Counted from the whole stretch's first letter, positions 40,320 to 54,429 are shown. The stretch: 62,102 nucleotides of DNA, filler included, from Sluysia triapertura (GCA_046118255.1; 5 parts of 5 records of this genome joined end to end with filler, not necessarily neighbours in it), one strand, 5' to 3'. A program made the numbers and translations. Notes: generated by a model from the sequence alone, not told the origin.

Positions 40320-41814
40320 AAGTGACTCTGTTCAATATGAACACTAGCGTACAAATTTTTTTCAAATGTTCACATTAAACATTAGTAGGAAAATACATTA
40401 ACATAAGAATTACAAAGATTTTCAGAAAAATTGCATTTATTATACCTATTTATTACTATTTTTATTTCTTTGATAAAGTCTGTGACTTTTAATTACCTAG
40501 ATGCTTTTTCTTCTTGAATTTCATCAATCAGATCGCATATTTTGTACATCTTATCAGGAATATTAGCTTGAAAGGCTTCGTATCCTGTCATTACTACATG
40601 TTCTACACTTCAACCTCTTTTTCAATACTTCTCTCCTAGAGTTCATCAAATTTTGGATTAAACTCAAAACATGGAAAATCATCACATTCAGCATTCACTT
40701 CTTTAACATACGTATTTTCGAAAGACTTGGTAAAACAATTAGAGATATTCACTGGTTTTACACTATTCTATGCTTTCGAAATTCAAACCACTGCTTGATA
40801 CAAATCATATCTCTTGAATTAAAATTCTTATAATAGTCTTTAAAACTTTTTATAATACTTTTTAATACCTTTGAAAAAGAATAATGTGGTGAGAAAAAGA
40901 ATAATTCGATGTTGCTTAGTTCGAGGTCTGTTGGGTTGTCTAACAATATAAAATGTTCCGCTCCTCTGCATTCGTTTTTTAACCAATCTTGAAAAATTGT
41001 TAGCGTCATAGAAGACTTTGTATCCCAACGGTAATAAACAGATATTTTTTTAGATAGAGATCTTTAAAACAACGAGGTTTATCCGATCTGCCTATCACTA
41101 AAGACTTTAACTTTTCTCCTATCATATTTACTCCAAAGAGTATAGTATTTCGATCTTTAGAAAACTTATCGTTTGCCTTATCCTCTTTAGAAATTGCATA
41201 TGTTCTGTTTAATGAACATTTCCAGAATAGTCCGTTTAAAGTCACAATTCTAAACATTTCTATCTTCACATTCTTTAAACTTTGACTTAAAATTAAAATA
41301 TACCTTTCATCCACGGTTTTTGATTCCCCAATAATTCTTTTGGATGAATTATTTAAGCAAGCCAATTTCTAAAGTGTTGCACTATATCACCACGGATGCT
41401 GATATTTCTTGTTCTTTGAATATGGAACCATTCATACAGGATTGCATCAACTTGATATCCACTATGTAAATGTGTTTTTCTTTTTTGTTTGGTATTCAAT
41501 TTTGACTTCAAAATGGAGTCTCTAGATTTCATAAGATTATTTATACAACCTAAGGAAAGATTGTATTTTGATGAAAAAAACGTTGAGAACAACCTTTATC
41601 TTTTAATTTTAAGAAGTTGTGCTTTTTTTCGATGCTTAAAAACAGCTAAAAATGAATATTTAAACAAAAAATGGATAATTTATTAATTATTGTTCATTCA
41701 AAATAAATAGTGTTCGTATTATAAAACTCAATTTTCATGAAAACCATATGGTTTTCAATTTTTGACTAAAATGTTCATATTAAACTCTGTTCGTAATAAG
41801 CAGGATTCATACTG
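40320..41814 (-). mobile_element. Tigger/pogo (CENP-B/DDE_1) DNA transposon relic
   Basis: VDAILYEWFHIQRTRNISIRGDIV (HTH), GLFWKCSLNRT, SKDRNTILFGVNMIGEKLKSLVIGRSDKPRCFK, ILLDN. Frameshifted. CAGTA-type end at about 41814. Confidence 0.9.
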
Positions 41815-42217
41815 AATAGAGTTGAATGTATTTTCAATTAATTTATGTTTCGATAAATTTTTATCTTGAAATTTTCTAATATTTTTACATGCAGGATTTT
41901 TGATAATTCGAATAAAATTAGTTAATTATGACTGATGACCATTTACTAATTACTCTTTAACGCACACTTTTGAAAAAGATCAATTTTTTCTTTAAGAAAA
42001 CCCGTTTTAGAACCGTGTTTTGGCAAAAAATGCAAAAGTAATCAAAATTTTAATTGTAATTTTGGATTTTTATCCATTTTGTAGACATTTTTCTTTTCAA
42101 ATTGCTGTTTCGAAAGAAAAACATTTTTATGAGTAAAAATAATAATAGTAGTTTTTATTTTAAAAAAATTATTCAAAGTTTTGAACCGCTCGTTTTTTCG
42201 ATGTATATTTTACCAAA

Positions 42218-42278
<61 letters not shown>

Positions 42279-42319
42279 CAGCATCATCATCATGTTGATG
42301 TTTTCTTTAAAAGATTATT

Positions 42320-43100
42320 TAAACTTTCAGAATAAAAGTATGTGAGTTCATCAATGTATCTAGGCTTTTTAAAGAAATTTAATATAAAAATTCACTGGAG
42401 GTGAATAATAAGTTTTCTGGACTTGAAGAGGTATATTTGTTATTACACTTATTGTTTTCTTATGTAATGAAGTGTGATATAACGTTTTTATTGTCTTGTT
42501 TTAACATTATTATCAACTTACAAGATATAAATCAATTTGCTGAAGTTATATGGAGATTTTATAAAGGTTCTTTATTAAAGAGGACCTCTTAAATGTATTA
42601 TCAAGAATTTATCAAATTTACTGAGGTTTCATCTTAAAGGAAACCTTGAGAAAACAATGTTTATATTAAAACTTTATTAAAAATATTCAAAATACGAATA
42701 TTTATTATTATTAAAATTTGTATAAATATAAAATAAAACAGATATAAAATTTATGTAATTCAATATAATAAGATAGGAAATAAATATTTTATTTAGATTA
42801 TTTTAATAATAATCTTTTACATTTTTAGATTTTAAATAAAGAATTTTATTAAGCTATCTTAATTAAATGATAGCTATCAAAATTACTTTAAAGATTTTCT
42901 TAGATTTTACTAAAGCAATTTTAAAATATTGCGTAACTTATATAAAATAAAACTAACGACACGAAGAGTTAATAATTCCAAAAATCTCCTTCGAATAGAG
43001 TTAAATTTGTCAAAAGGATCAAATTTTTCTAAAAATCTTGATCATGTAAAACCTTGTCAGATTCACTTGATTAAACTTTTATAATATAATTTGAACGTAT
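42320..43100 (-). repeat. Third copy of the 8930-9617 / 21034-21910 LTR-like family
   Basis: gaataaaa..gtgagttcatcaatgta, ctggaggt, aatattgcg and aaactaacg blocks in the same order. Confidence 0.5.
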
Positions 43101-43649
43101 ATTTTAAATATTTTTGTGAATGAAAAGATATTTGTAAATGTTTAATTTTATATAGCATAACTTTGATCGTGAAGGTCTAAATTTGAACAATTATTTTAAT
43201 AAAATTTAAACAAAAAGTAAATTCTAATAATTAAATATAAATTATCACATGAATTCTAATCATATAAATATTTACGTTTCCAAAATGTTTATTATTTTCA
43301 AAATTAATTTCACAATGCGAAAATTGCTTTTATTTTACAATAAAATTTATAAATGCATTTAATTTATATATTTACATACGTAGATTTCATTATATTACAA
43401 CTTAACAACAACAATAATACTAATAATAATAATAATTTGAAAATTAAAAAACATACCAATTGTATAAATATCTAATTTGCACAATTTTATTTTTTGTAAT
43501 CACAAATTAACTAACTGTCTATAAAGATACGCTTATATAAAACTATTATATAAAACAAACAAGTTTTTGATATTTCATGACTAAAACGTAAAATATAAGA
43601 AATAATAGCCTTTATATAACTTCACGAAATCGCAAAATGATAAATATCA

Positions 43650-43742
43650 ATAAAACGACACCGCTCAAACTGTCTTGCGTGTGCGCATTTTGGCCCGTTT
43701 AGCGCGCTCGAATTAACTCGAGCGTACACGTTAAGGGGTTAA
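43650..43742. mobile_element. piggyBac-like terminal fragment
   Basis: GC-rich subterminal palindromes (gcgctcga..tcgagcgt) ending ...AAGGGG-TTAA. Confidence 0.4.
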
Positions 43743-46700
43743 AATAAGTACTGAAACTATTTAATTAATTTGTAACACTTGCTATAGATGTTTGAAAATA
43801 AGTTAGGAATTTTATACGAATACTTGCTAAAATTGGTGAAATTAATGTGTAAAGGTATAATTATTGTGTAATATGAAATTAAATTATAAAATAAAAATTT
43901 ATTTATTAATGATGAGGCATATAAAATGTTAAAATGAAATGAAATTATTAATTAATGTTGAGGCATATAATTTTGTGTGTAATATGATAAATCAATACGT
44001 GCGTAATATGTGCTATAATAAACGAATTAAATATCTAAGTATGTTTTAATTTTAATCGCAATTTTAAGGAACATTTTAAATTTAATAAATTTATAGTAGT
44101 AATGTACATATTAAATAATCCAAGTGATTTACAATTAATTTATGAAATTATTATTGAATTGTTGGAAATAATATAAATGCGATCACAGAAATCAAATTGA
44201 TAACGTCTACGACTACATTGAATCACAAAACCAGTATTGATACATCGAACCATAAAACCATTTCTGTATTTTGGACGTTGATATTTACCACGTGAATATT
44301 TAATTGTCGATTCTTGCATTATAAATGAATTTTTTGTACTAGAAATTTGAATAATTATTTTAAATTTAAATACTTGTAGTTATGTTATATCTATAAATTG
44401 AAATATAATATTGTTGATATTTGAATTTGTGTTTTCCGTTATTTAAATAATATAACTGGTTGAAATCACTTAGGAACGGTTGAAGAATAAGATTTGATAG
44501 AATAAAGTTAATAGGATTTTCGTTAGCACTTCCATCTTTAAAAACAAGATGAACAACGAACTCATCCTTCAAGACTAATAAGGAAGGTATTAAATAATTT
44601 AAGTGAGAAATTAGTTAAACACAGAGAGCATTTCTAATTTAAAGAATGGAGATAAGAAATATATAAGTTAAATAATAAATGATTTAATTATTAAGCTCAG
44701 TATAGAATAAGTTCAGAGTAATTTTTAAAAAGAATTAAGTTTTTCAATAATTATAAAACATCGACGCGATTTTTCAAGCTAAGAGCTTTGTGTAACGAAG
44801 AAAATTCAAAAAGAATTAAAGTCTGAATGCGACTAGAATCAAGACTAAAAACAAAACAGTACATATAACTAATTAAAGGATAATTTTTAAAATTTAAATT
44901 TTTACTGCATTTACTTTTTTACTAAATTTATCTTCAAATTAAAATACTTATGTTAATATATATTATTGAACAAAAATACAAAACGAATTCGTAATTTATA
45001 AAATCAATGAAAATTACAATTACTGATAGACAACGTAAAATGTAAATACTAAAAATATTTAAAAATTTATATTTTTTGGAAAAAAGCAATTTATTATATT
45101 TTTTAATTTCTATTTATATTAAAATTTTTACAGTGTATTATTTATATAATTTTTGTATTTAGATATATTAAGTTTTTCTTAATATAATTATTGATTTACA
45201 CATTCTTTATAATAGTTGAAAATATAAATAAAATATTTATTTTAAAAATAAACGCAAGCAACTGAAACGATGTATTTTACTAAATCTAGTCAATATGCAT
45301 AAGTTTTATTTTATAAGAAAATGTAGATATTTTTAAACAAAGCTCACAATAATATGTTTACTATCTATTATTTAATCAGGCCAGGCTATATATATCAATT
45401 TTTATATTAATTTTATGTTTATGTTTATAGTTTAAGGTTAATTTTATTACATATTTAAGGAAAAATATTTCTTAAATTCATATCATGAAAAAAATAATGC
45501 GGTCCATAATTTTATTTAAGCAAACATATACTTTATTGAAACAATTTTTAAACATGTCTTGTCACTGTCAGTTGTTTGAGTAGGTCATTTTCTTAGTTAA
45601 TTTTTTGTGTTTTAATATTGTGTTTTGAATGTTTATTCAGAATCACATATATTGTATACTTTAATAATATAAAAATTTAGACTGCTTTACGAAATGAATA
45701 TATATACTAACTTTATTGATAAAGTTAATTGTTCAATAAACTTACATTTCTGATAATGAGTTCACCAATACAGTTTAAATAGGTTTTTATCAAAGTTTTT
45801 AAGCACGTACAAATAATAAATAGTCATTGATGTTCTAATTTCTATTTCTTTTAAAAATGATAGAGAATGTTTAAATTTAGTATAAATTTATCCTGAAAGT
45901 CTAGTTAATACCCATCTCTGTTAAATGTGATAAAATCTTATAACTTATTACTTGAATGTTATTTTTCAAACTCCCAAAACCAATAAAACTTTAAATTTAA
46001 CGAACATAAAAGTTTATTAATTTCGGAAAAGAAAAATAAATTTTAACTTTTTTTTGGAGTGATATTTTAATTAATTTAAATCCTGTACTTACTGTTAGCT
46101 ATATATAATGTTATTCAGAAAACACAAAAATTATTTTTTAATGTTTTCTGCCTATGTTTTTATAACATTTAGTAGGTTTATTTATGTTTCTCTTTATATT
46201 TAAAGGCAAATAAAAAATGTCAAATTGAAATCGAATTTTAATGAGCCTAACTTTAAATTATTTGAATGATTAAACATAAGCTTAAAGCCATTAAAAATGC
46301 TAAAACTAACACATTGAGAGAACTAAACATTAAGAATTTTATATTACAACAAAACACAAAAATAATATAAGTAATATCATAAAATATATCAAATAAACCT
46401 TTGCATGATTTATTTGTAGTCACACTTTCTCGATCCCTATATGTCGATTCGATAAGTAAAACAAAGCAATTGCTTATTCAAATTGTCACCATTATATATG
46501 TCTAATATCTCAAATCAGAAAGACTTAATATTTTTGTGAATATTTAATTCATCTTCCTTTTAAGTCACTAAATAACATTTTAATACCTTTAGTACAACTT
46601 TCATTGTGTATAAAAGTAAATAGTAAATAGTAAATCATTATCTTTTAATGTATTTAAAAGTTGAAATAAAATATATGGCGAAAGCAATAAAATGAAAACA

Positions 46701-47483
46701 ATTGTAATAACGATAATATATACAAAAATGAGTGCTTATGCAGTTATTATGATCATGTTGGTGTTTGCATGTATTGAGTAGAGTATTCGTGTGTTGTAGT
46801 TTGTTTATTTGTCATGTGTTGCTTTGTGATGAAATGTGTTTATGATAATCTTCACTAATAAAATTAAACCTCTTTAACCTTTAGTGTACAAATGTTAGAT
46901 ATATCTAACGTTTATAAAATTTTATTATATATATAACGTAATTTTGCCTGCGTAGTTAATGTCTTTAAAAATAGTTTAAGTAGGCAGAATGTAATTTAAA
47001 AAATGGGTTTCCAGCACACTTTGCAGTTTTTATAAATTCGTATACTACATGTTAATTATTTATCCAATTACAAAGTCTAATTATTCACCAAATATCCGCA
47101 CTATAATGTCTGAATCTTCACCAACAATTATGATATTAATTATCTAATTACAATATTTAAATATTTACAAATTATCCGATAATATTTGAATATTCGCTTT
47201 AATAATAGAATTATAACGCTTATATTCGTCAAATATCAAATATCGAGACAGAATAATATGTATGAAAAATAATAATGAATGAAATAGTTATAGGAGGCCA
47301 TATTTAAAATAAATTCAACTAATAAATTATTATATATAATTTACAATACCAATTTAATAAAGTTAAGTCTTATAATTATTACAATAAATTTTCAATATCA
47401 ATTTATTTGTAAAATTGCTGACTATTAATATTTACTATAACACACATTTTTATTACTACTATCGTTATTATTGTTTTTGTTAC

Positions 47484-47553
<70 letters not shown>

Positions 47554-47653
47554 NNNNNNNNNNNNNNNNNNNNNNNNNNNNNNNNNNNNNNNNNNNNTTA
47601 ATTAATTAANNNNNNNNNNNNNNNNNNNNNNNNNNNNNNNNNNNNNNNNNNNN

Positions 47654-48308
47654 GATTTTATTAATCGATCTTAAGGATCAATCGTACAATTTAGATTTTA
47701 AGTCTGAATTTATAACTTAATTTTCTTTTTATAAGTTTATAAACCTATATGAAAAAAGCTTACTAAGTAATTCACTAAATCGATAAAATTGAATTGAAGC
47801 TTCGGCGATACTCCTCTAATCGGTACGCGGAGGTATCGCTAATATCATAAAATGCGGATCAAGTAAATTAATTCTGTTGCCAATGACTTCTCGATCTTGT
47901 TGTTGAAATACTGACGGTGTTGAAGTTACCAATGATTTTCTGTATTGTATTGAACTGTCTTTTATCGATGAAATTATCTTCTTTATGATTAACTGCCTTT
48001 GTTCGTAGTACGATGGATTTGATGAATAATTGCTTTGTTATTGTGAAAGTATGATGGCTGTTTTTGCTTTATATATATTTTGCCTTTTCTTTGTGGCCAT
48101 TTTTAAAATTAATAAACTTAAACAACTTCCTTCTGGAAGATTCTTTTTTGATAAAATTTAAAGTATAATAAATATAATAATTTTTAAAATAATAAAATTA
48201 ATATTTTTTTGTAATAAATATAATTTTTAATAAATTTTCAAAAATTTAACAATTAAAAAATTTTCTAAAAAGTCCAAAATATATACAAAAATTTGTACAT
48301 CCTTACAC
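47654..48308 (-). repeat. LTR-like sequence, truncated by a gap
   Basis: Minus strand starts TGTGTAAGGATG. TATATAAAG near 48070. GC-rich hairpin gcgatac..gtatcgc at about 47805-47840. Confidence 0.4.
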
Positions 48309-48975
48309 AAGATTCTTTGGTTAATTTTGGTGTGTATACATTTTATTTGTTAAATTTCGTTGTTACATTATTTAATATAAAGTTGTTGCTTGCTTAATTA
48401 TGTTGTCTGAATTTAAATTAATGAAGTTTATCAAAGGCCTTAATGTAAAATTTTCTAACAAATATACTTCTTTTAAAGTTACGAATAAAAATAAAATAAT
48501 TTGAATTTAAAAATAAATTTAAGATCTATATCAAGTCCTCCACAATAACAAAAATGTTAGTTAAGATGTTTATGTAAATAAATTATTAAATTAAATGTAT
48601 TTGGAAATAATGCATCTTAAAAATTAATAATTTTACAATATCAGTCATTACAAAATTTATAATTGAAATTATGATTTATTATTTTGTTAAAATAAACTTG
48701 ATTTGTAGTAATTGTAAAATATTTTTAGAAATAATTTGACAGTGCTTTATTGAAGAAATAATTATAAAAAGTTAAACGTTCTATTATTGTAATAAAATGA
48801 TTTCAGTTAAGAAGACAATAATGACTGCTAATTGTATTGTCACTTCTATTGGGCAGAAAATTTCGTGGTTTCACAGTCCAGAAGATAAAGACTGAGATAA
48901 TAATAATAGTAATAATAATTAATAATATTATTATTACCATGTCAGTGTTTACCCTCTATGTCACATTAAAATATA

Positions 48976-49028
48976 ATGAAGATGAAGCGATGATGTTTTA
49001 TCGAGTTTTCAGTTCGAAACTCTAGAGT
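48976..49028 (+). ncRNA. Degenerate minimal hammerhead-ribozyme-like motif
   Basis: aTGAAGA-TGAA...TTC-GAAAC-TCTAGA-GT, with palindromic stem III ACTCTAGAGT. C3 and the cleavage base are mutated, and stem I was not found. Confidence 0.35.
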
Positions 49029-50640
49029 GTCTACTAGAGAATAGAACAGAGTTTATTTAGTCTGGATTAAATTTTAATTTTTTTATTATTCAATAATATT
49101 TATTAAAACTCACAACACACAATAATTAATTATGATTATATTTTAATAATATAATATAATGTTTATGTATGTATATTTAAAATAGATCGCCTTTTGAAAA
49201 GTGCATACTATTTTAATAGTTAATAATAGTTAGTTTCCTCTTTTCTCTTACACTCAGTCCACCCTATAATAAATCACAAAAATAAAAACAATGTACTTAC
49301 AATTCCTTATTCTGCATGCCAGTATACGATTGATAATCCAATAGCAATTCAAAAACAGATGTATAGTAAATCTTAAATGATAAAAATGCAGTATTCGTAT
49401 AATATTTTAGCCACAATTCTGAGTATTGTTGTAAATCTTGTTCATAAAATGATAATATATGAGAAAATGATTGAAATATCGGTTTAAATTTGTTTCTATT
49501 ACCCCAATTAAGGCTGCATTGATCGAACGCGGCCAATATTTCGTCAGTTATTTTCTAAAATACATTTTATATTTCCATCAAATAAGAACAATTATTAAAA
49601 CCTATTATTTATTTAGATTGTTCGCATATCATTGTCCAAATTTACATTTTTCAACTTTTAAGCATTGTAGTATAGCAAAATAATATATCGTTATTTATAT
49701 GTATTATTGTAATTTTTCAAATTAAAATTAAGCATTTCAAATGTAATTTATGTTTCAGAAATTTTATTTATACATAGTCAAAGTTCGTTAAAAATTTTAA
49801 AAAGCAGTTATTATGTTTAGAGAATGAAATAATATGACATATAGTGAATCTAATAGTTGCATTTGTTGCTCGTTTTAAAGATTTAAAGACAACAAATTTG
49901 ACCTGAAAAAAGAATGACCAAGCATGCCCATCATGCTTTTGGGAATGACAAAGAAAATACCTTGATGTTAGTATTTAAAACTCTAAACAATTAAGTAAAA
50001 ATCATAAATGTATTTTTTAGAAATATGTGGTTGCATGCAATTACAAAATAATTGTATCAAGAGTGGTAATAGGAAAATATCAGAATAATGATTAGATAAA
50101 CATGTGTCCAAAACCGATGATTAACGATAGAAAATACTCCTGTGGTGGCCAACCTTAAATTCCAAATTCAAATTAATCTTCTTTATTCGCAATATCATAT
50201 GTATTAACACTTTATATTTTACCTACCCAGATCTATTAGAACCTTTTCATACTTTAAAACATTTAAATTCACAATCTTTCAACATCCAAACTATACTTAC
50301 ATTTAAAAATTCATTTTATTTATTATCCCATAACATTAGAACCATAAATATAGATTGAATCATCAAATATCTATTTCGAAATTAATCCAAAACATTCAAC
50401 TTCACAATTTTTCAACACTCAACCTTTTATATCATTGAAAAACATTAAATTCACATTCTAAAACCATTTTAAACATTGCAATCAAAATGACATTCCTTTA
50501 ACATTTTTAGTTTTGCATTATTTCCTTTAAACATTCTCTTATCACCTCTTTCCACAATCCATACCTTTGTAATCACCGAATAAAGTCTATTTCAAAGGAA
50601 ATAAGAATTAGACCTAATAATTAAAGAAAGAAATGAAGTA

Positions 50641-50780
50641 CACCTATCCCCCGATTTACACGGTAGATACGTTCCTGAGAAAAACGCAAAAAAAACTTAT
50701 TTGGAAAAACGATAAAAACAGACAAAAACTTATTTGGAAAACCGTGTAAAACAAGTACCGTGTAAATCGGAGGATAGGTG
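50641..50780. mobile_element. 140-bp MITE with TA target duplication (Tc1/pogo type)
   Basis: TA|CACCTATCCCCCGATTTACACGGTA...TACCGTGTAAATCGGAGGATAGGTG|TA; 25-bp TIR with one mismatch. Confidence 0.9.
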
Positions 50781-51073
50781 TATTTACATAAATAAGAAAG
50801 AAAAGATCTAAAAAGAAATTTATTTAAAAGAACTTAAGTTAAAAGAATTTTTATTCATTTAATTTTAGTTTAAAGAGAAGAGATTTTAAGAATTTCAAGA
50901 ATTTAAGATATTTATAAATTTATGCATTTTCTTGGTACTTATTTTTATTACTATTATTTATTATTATTTTGTTACACATTTCGTTTTTATTTTACATTAT
51001 TATTATCATTATTTAATGTTATTATTTTTATCATTATCACCATTATTTATAAAACCACCATGTTTAACAATTT

Positions 51074-51104
<31 letters not shown>

Positions 51105-51353
51105 CACCCATTATAGTTACTATCACCTCTATAACCACTTTTATATTTCATTTCAATTAAAATCAGTACATATCAATTGGTAAACTGTCGACAAATGACA
51201 GTTGTTTTGGACACAATCAATTTGGTATTTTGAAATACATACAAACATACATGCAAACACCATCAACTATTAGTATGTTTAATTTACTGTGCATACAGTC
51301 ATACAGTGCACACTAGCGTTTTACAGCACTTTTGTTCATAATAGTTTGTATTT

Positions 51354-51369
51354 GATTGGACGTCCAATC
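51354..51369. promoter_or_regulatory. 16-bp palindrome GATTGGACGTCCAATC with an extra CCAAT just downstream
   Basis: Seen directly; same core as 31667-31680. Confidence 0.6.
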
Positions 51370-51626
51370 CTAAGCAAGCCAATCAACAATGATATCATAA
51401 TTTGCTGTATTTGAGGGTAAAGGATGTTAAAAAAGGAATTTTTTAGATTGTACTATTAATAGCATAGTATCAAAAATTCAGAAACAACATAATTATTAAA
51501 ATTTTTAATAAAAGTAAAACGTTCACGTTTAAAAAATAATAAAACTTCAATATTAGTTTATTTTTTGGCATTAATGGCATTAATATTTAATTTATGTAGA
51601 ATCAAAAATGAAGCCATGACAGATTC

Positions 51627-52593
51627 ATGAAAAATAATTTCAGTGATTTGGAAAGATCAATTAGCTTAATGCGAGGTCGTAATAGAGTTGATATTAATGT
51701 ACAAATTGAAATGCCTATTGAACAAAAAGTAGATGCAATTGACATTATAATAATGAGGCTATATCAAGACAGTAAGTATCTAGATAATGAAGTGATTGGA
51801 AAAGAGAATACAACTGTTCGTCATGAAACTTTGTTTGTTCAAATCGTTCGTTCATTAAGATGATAGCATTAGTTGAAATCATATATTATTCTCCAAATAG
51901 TCAAGTTGGATACTTACGTACATGATATTTTTATCAATCAATAACAGATGAGAAAGATAGTAATGATAATTGTATGTTAAGTAGAGTTAAAGATGTAGTG
52001 TCACGGGTTGTTGATCGCGCAGTGAAGGAGGACAATTAATCCATGTTATCAGCTGATATTCAAGATAAATCTATATCAATTACAAGTACAAATTCGATAA
52101 AAAATGATAAAGTTTTTAAAGATCGAACAAGTAAGTATGCGAAGAGTCATCAATAAAGTCATACTAACAAACGATTCAAGAATAATTGAAAATATATCAA
52201 ATGTAAAATTATACTTCAAAGCAATACCGTCTCACTCTTACGATGAAATTACGAATAAATTTATCAGTATTAGTAAATTATATTTCCCCAATGACCATTC
52301 CTAGACACATTGAGGAAGCTCACTGTAACATGATCAGAAATAATTTGTTTAAAACTATGTCGAGCAACAAATTCACCTCAATTGAAGCAAATCGGAATTT
52401 AGTTAGATTTTTACAATGTCCATTCCAATCCAGTGAGACAGGACGATGCATCAAGTCTGGTTCAGCTTGCGAATTCTATCATACAGTGGATCAAATAAGT
52501 TATCTCGGCACTAATATATTACTATTCCATGATCATTTTGAACCTTATGGAAACCATACTCTATGGCAATGCAACCAGCAGTTCAATATGTAA
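51627..52593 (+). pseudogene. Decayed intronless ORF with C-terminal CCCH zinc finger, copy B
   Basis: QCPFQSSETGRCIKSGSACEFYH. Track ORFs 51627.., 52104.. and 52243.. are collinear fragments. AATAAA at about 52628. Confidence 0.65.
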
Positions 52594-53484
52594 AAAGTAT
52601 TATGAAGTTGGTGGGGAAGTTCAATTCAATAAAGAAATAAAAAACAAAAAAAATTAAAGTAAATATGAATTTTCATACTCATGCATTAACTAATTTTGAT
52701 TTTTCTTATTCTAGGATGCTACAACCTAAGGAAGAGACACTACAGTATCCGGAACACATCACGCCCAATAACTATAACGTCATTAACAAACTTAGTTTTG
52801 ATAAAAATAAATGTTATAATAATTGAACCTTTTTATAGTAAATTTAAAATTAAAATTTATAAAAAGAATGATTATAAATTAATGAAATTCTATAAAAATG
52901 TTGGTAAAATTAATATAAATATCTATAGTTTAAAAATCGATAATATGAACTTACAAAATTTTCTTTTCAATAATACAACGAAACTGCTTTTAACCCGAAA
53001 ACTCCATAGAGCTGTTATTCTCTACAATTTAGATGATGAACACTATTCTAAAATACGCATAGCATAAGTGGAAGCAATCAACGGAAACAGAATATATTAC
53101 TCTTCTTCACAATAATACTAAGTCATATTGCAAAATAACTAAACAGAAAAATATATTAAGTAGTTTCATAGATTATTTAATTATCAAATGATTATCAAAA
53201 CAAACAGATCGCAAGATTACTAGGTGGTGGCAAGAAATATATAAAAGTAAATATGTTTTAGTGAATAGCGATATAATTACTTTTTGTTACATTTTGATGT
53301 GTGCTTCAAGCTAATATTTATAATTCAGAGTTATAAATAGTATAAACTATTCGTATTTTACTTCAGTACCAAATACAGTGCTTCTTTATTGTAAAATTTC
53401 AAATATATCTAGATTAGAATTGGTTTATTTAATAAAGCATACTTTTCCTGTTAACTTTCATCAACTTTTAAAACACTCTTTAAC

Positions 53485-53820
53485 GTACAAACAATATTTT
53501 AATGGTAAGTTCATTAAGTATGGCAGAAAAATAAAAATATTGTTTGTTTTTTTGTTAACAAAATATATGTTTTGTTTTAATACTATATTTTATTTAGGTA
53601 AAATTCGCAATAATATGAATAAAGTTGAATATAAATCAGTGATGAAATTTTTGCATACAAAGAAAAAAAGAAAAAGACATATTGAAAGAAGTAAAGAATA
53701 GATATAAAAGTAAATATTCATTAAGCGATGGATTATTAAGATATAATCCGAAAGACTTCCATTCTAAAAGTATGGAATATCTGGAAACACGGTAAAGTAC
53801 GTAGAACTAAATCGATAAAT
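53485..53820 (+). mobile_element. Internally deleted mariner relic
   Basis: MNKVEYKSVMKFL (mariner N-terminus) joined to a KDFHSKSMEYLETR..YVEL C-terminus-like fragment. Confidence 0.55.
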
Positions 53821-53826
53821 GTTCGC

Positions 53827-54116
53827 TGACGAATCATCTTTAAAAATCTACCGCATATGGTTAAATATCAAGTTTAACTTAGAAACTAATAGTTACGTAC
53901 CGCGTTATAGGAATTCGTGTTATATGGAGACTATCGCGTTTCAACAATTTTAACTGAATACAAAACGAACATAAACATATAAACACCGAGCAATAAAAAT
54001 AGTTTAATTGGGGATCGCGCTATGCAGCGATTCACTATATGTGAAATATTGTGTTATTTTCTATGTTAAACTTGCCATTTAACCCTCTCTGGTAGATTTT
54101 TAAAGATGATTCGTCA
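53827..54116. repeat. Fold-back element / MITE with ~60-bp inverted arms
   Basis: tgacgaatcatctttaaaaatctacc...caagtttaacttagaaa pairs with tttctatgttaaacttg...ggtagatttttaaagatgattcgtca. Confidence 0.75.
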
Positions 54117-54429
54117 ACCAATAGGAATTTTTAAATGTCTTTGTCAAACATATTGCATTCCCTAGATGGATAAACTTTTTTGAGTTAAAGAAAAGGATAA
54201 AAGAAATTCTCAATACAAGAAACTATTGACCATTTTATTTCATTGTTTCTCGTGTTTAGGTCGATAGAATTTAGTTTAAAACCCTCTTTTTATTCGTGTG
54301 ATGGATATTTCAATGTCTTTCTCAATCACTTGCTGAAATTTACAATGATTCTGATTCAGAAACAGATATTTAAAGCAATTCGGATACTGATTATTATTAC
54401 CAATCAAGTGATAATAAGACAGATCTAAA

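Larger units (their letters stand above)
50141..52770 (+). mobile_element. Composite repeat unit B (gap-free): TGTGGTGGCCAAC start, C/A-rich repeats, microsatellite, palindrome, CCCH ORF
   Basis: Module order is identical to 30759-33340. The 3' end is not defined. Confidence 0.55.
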
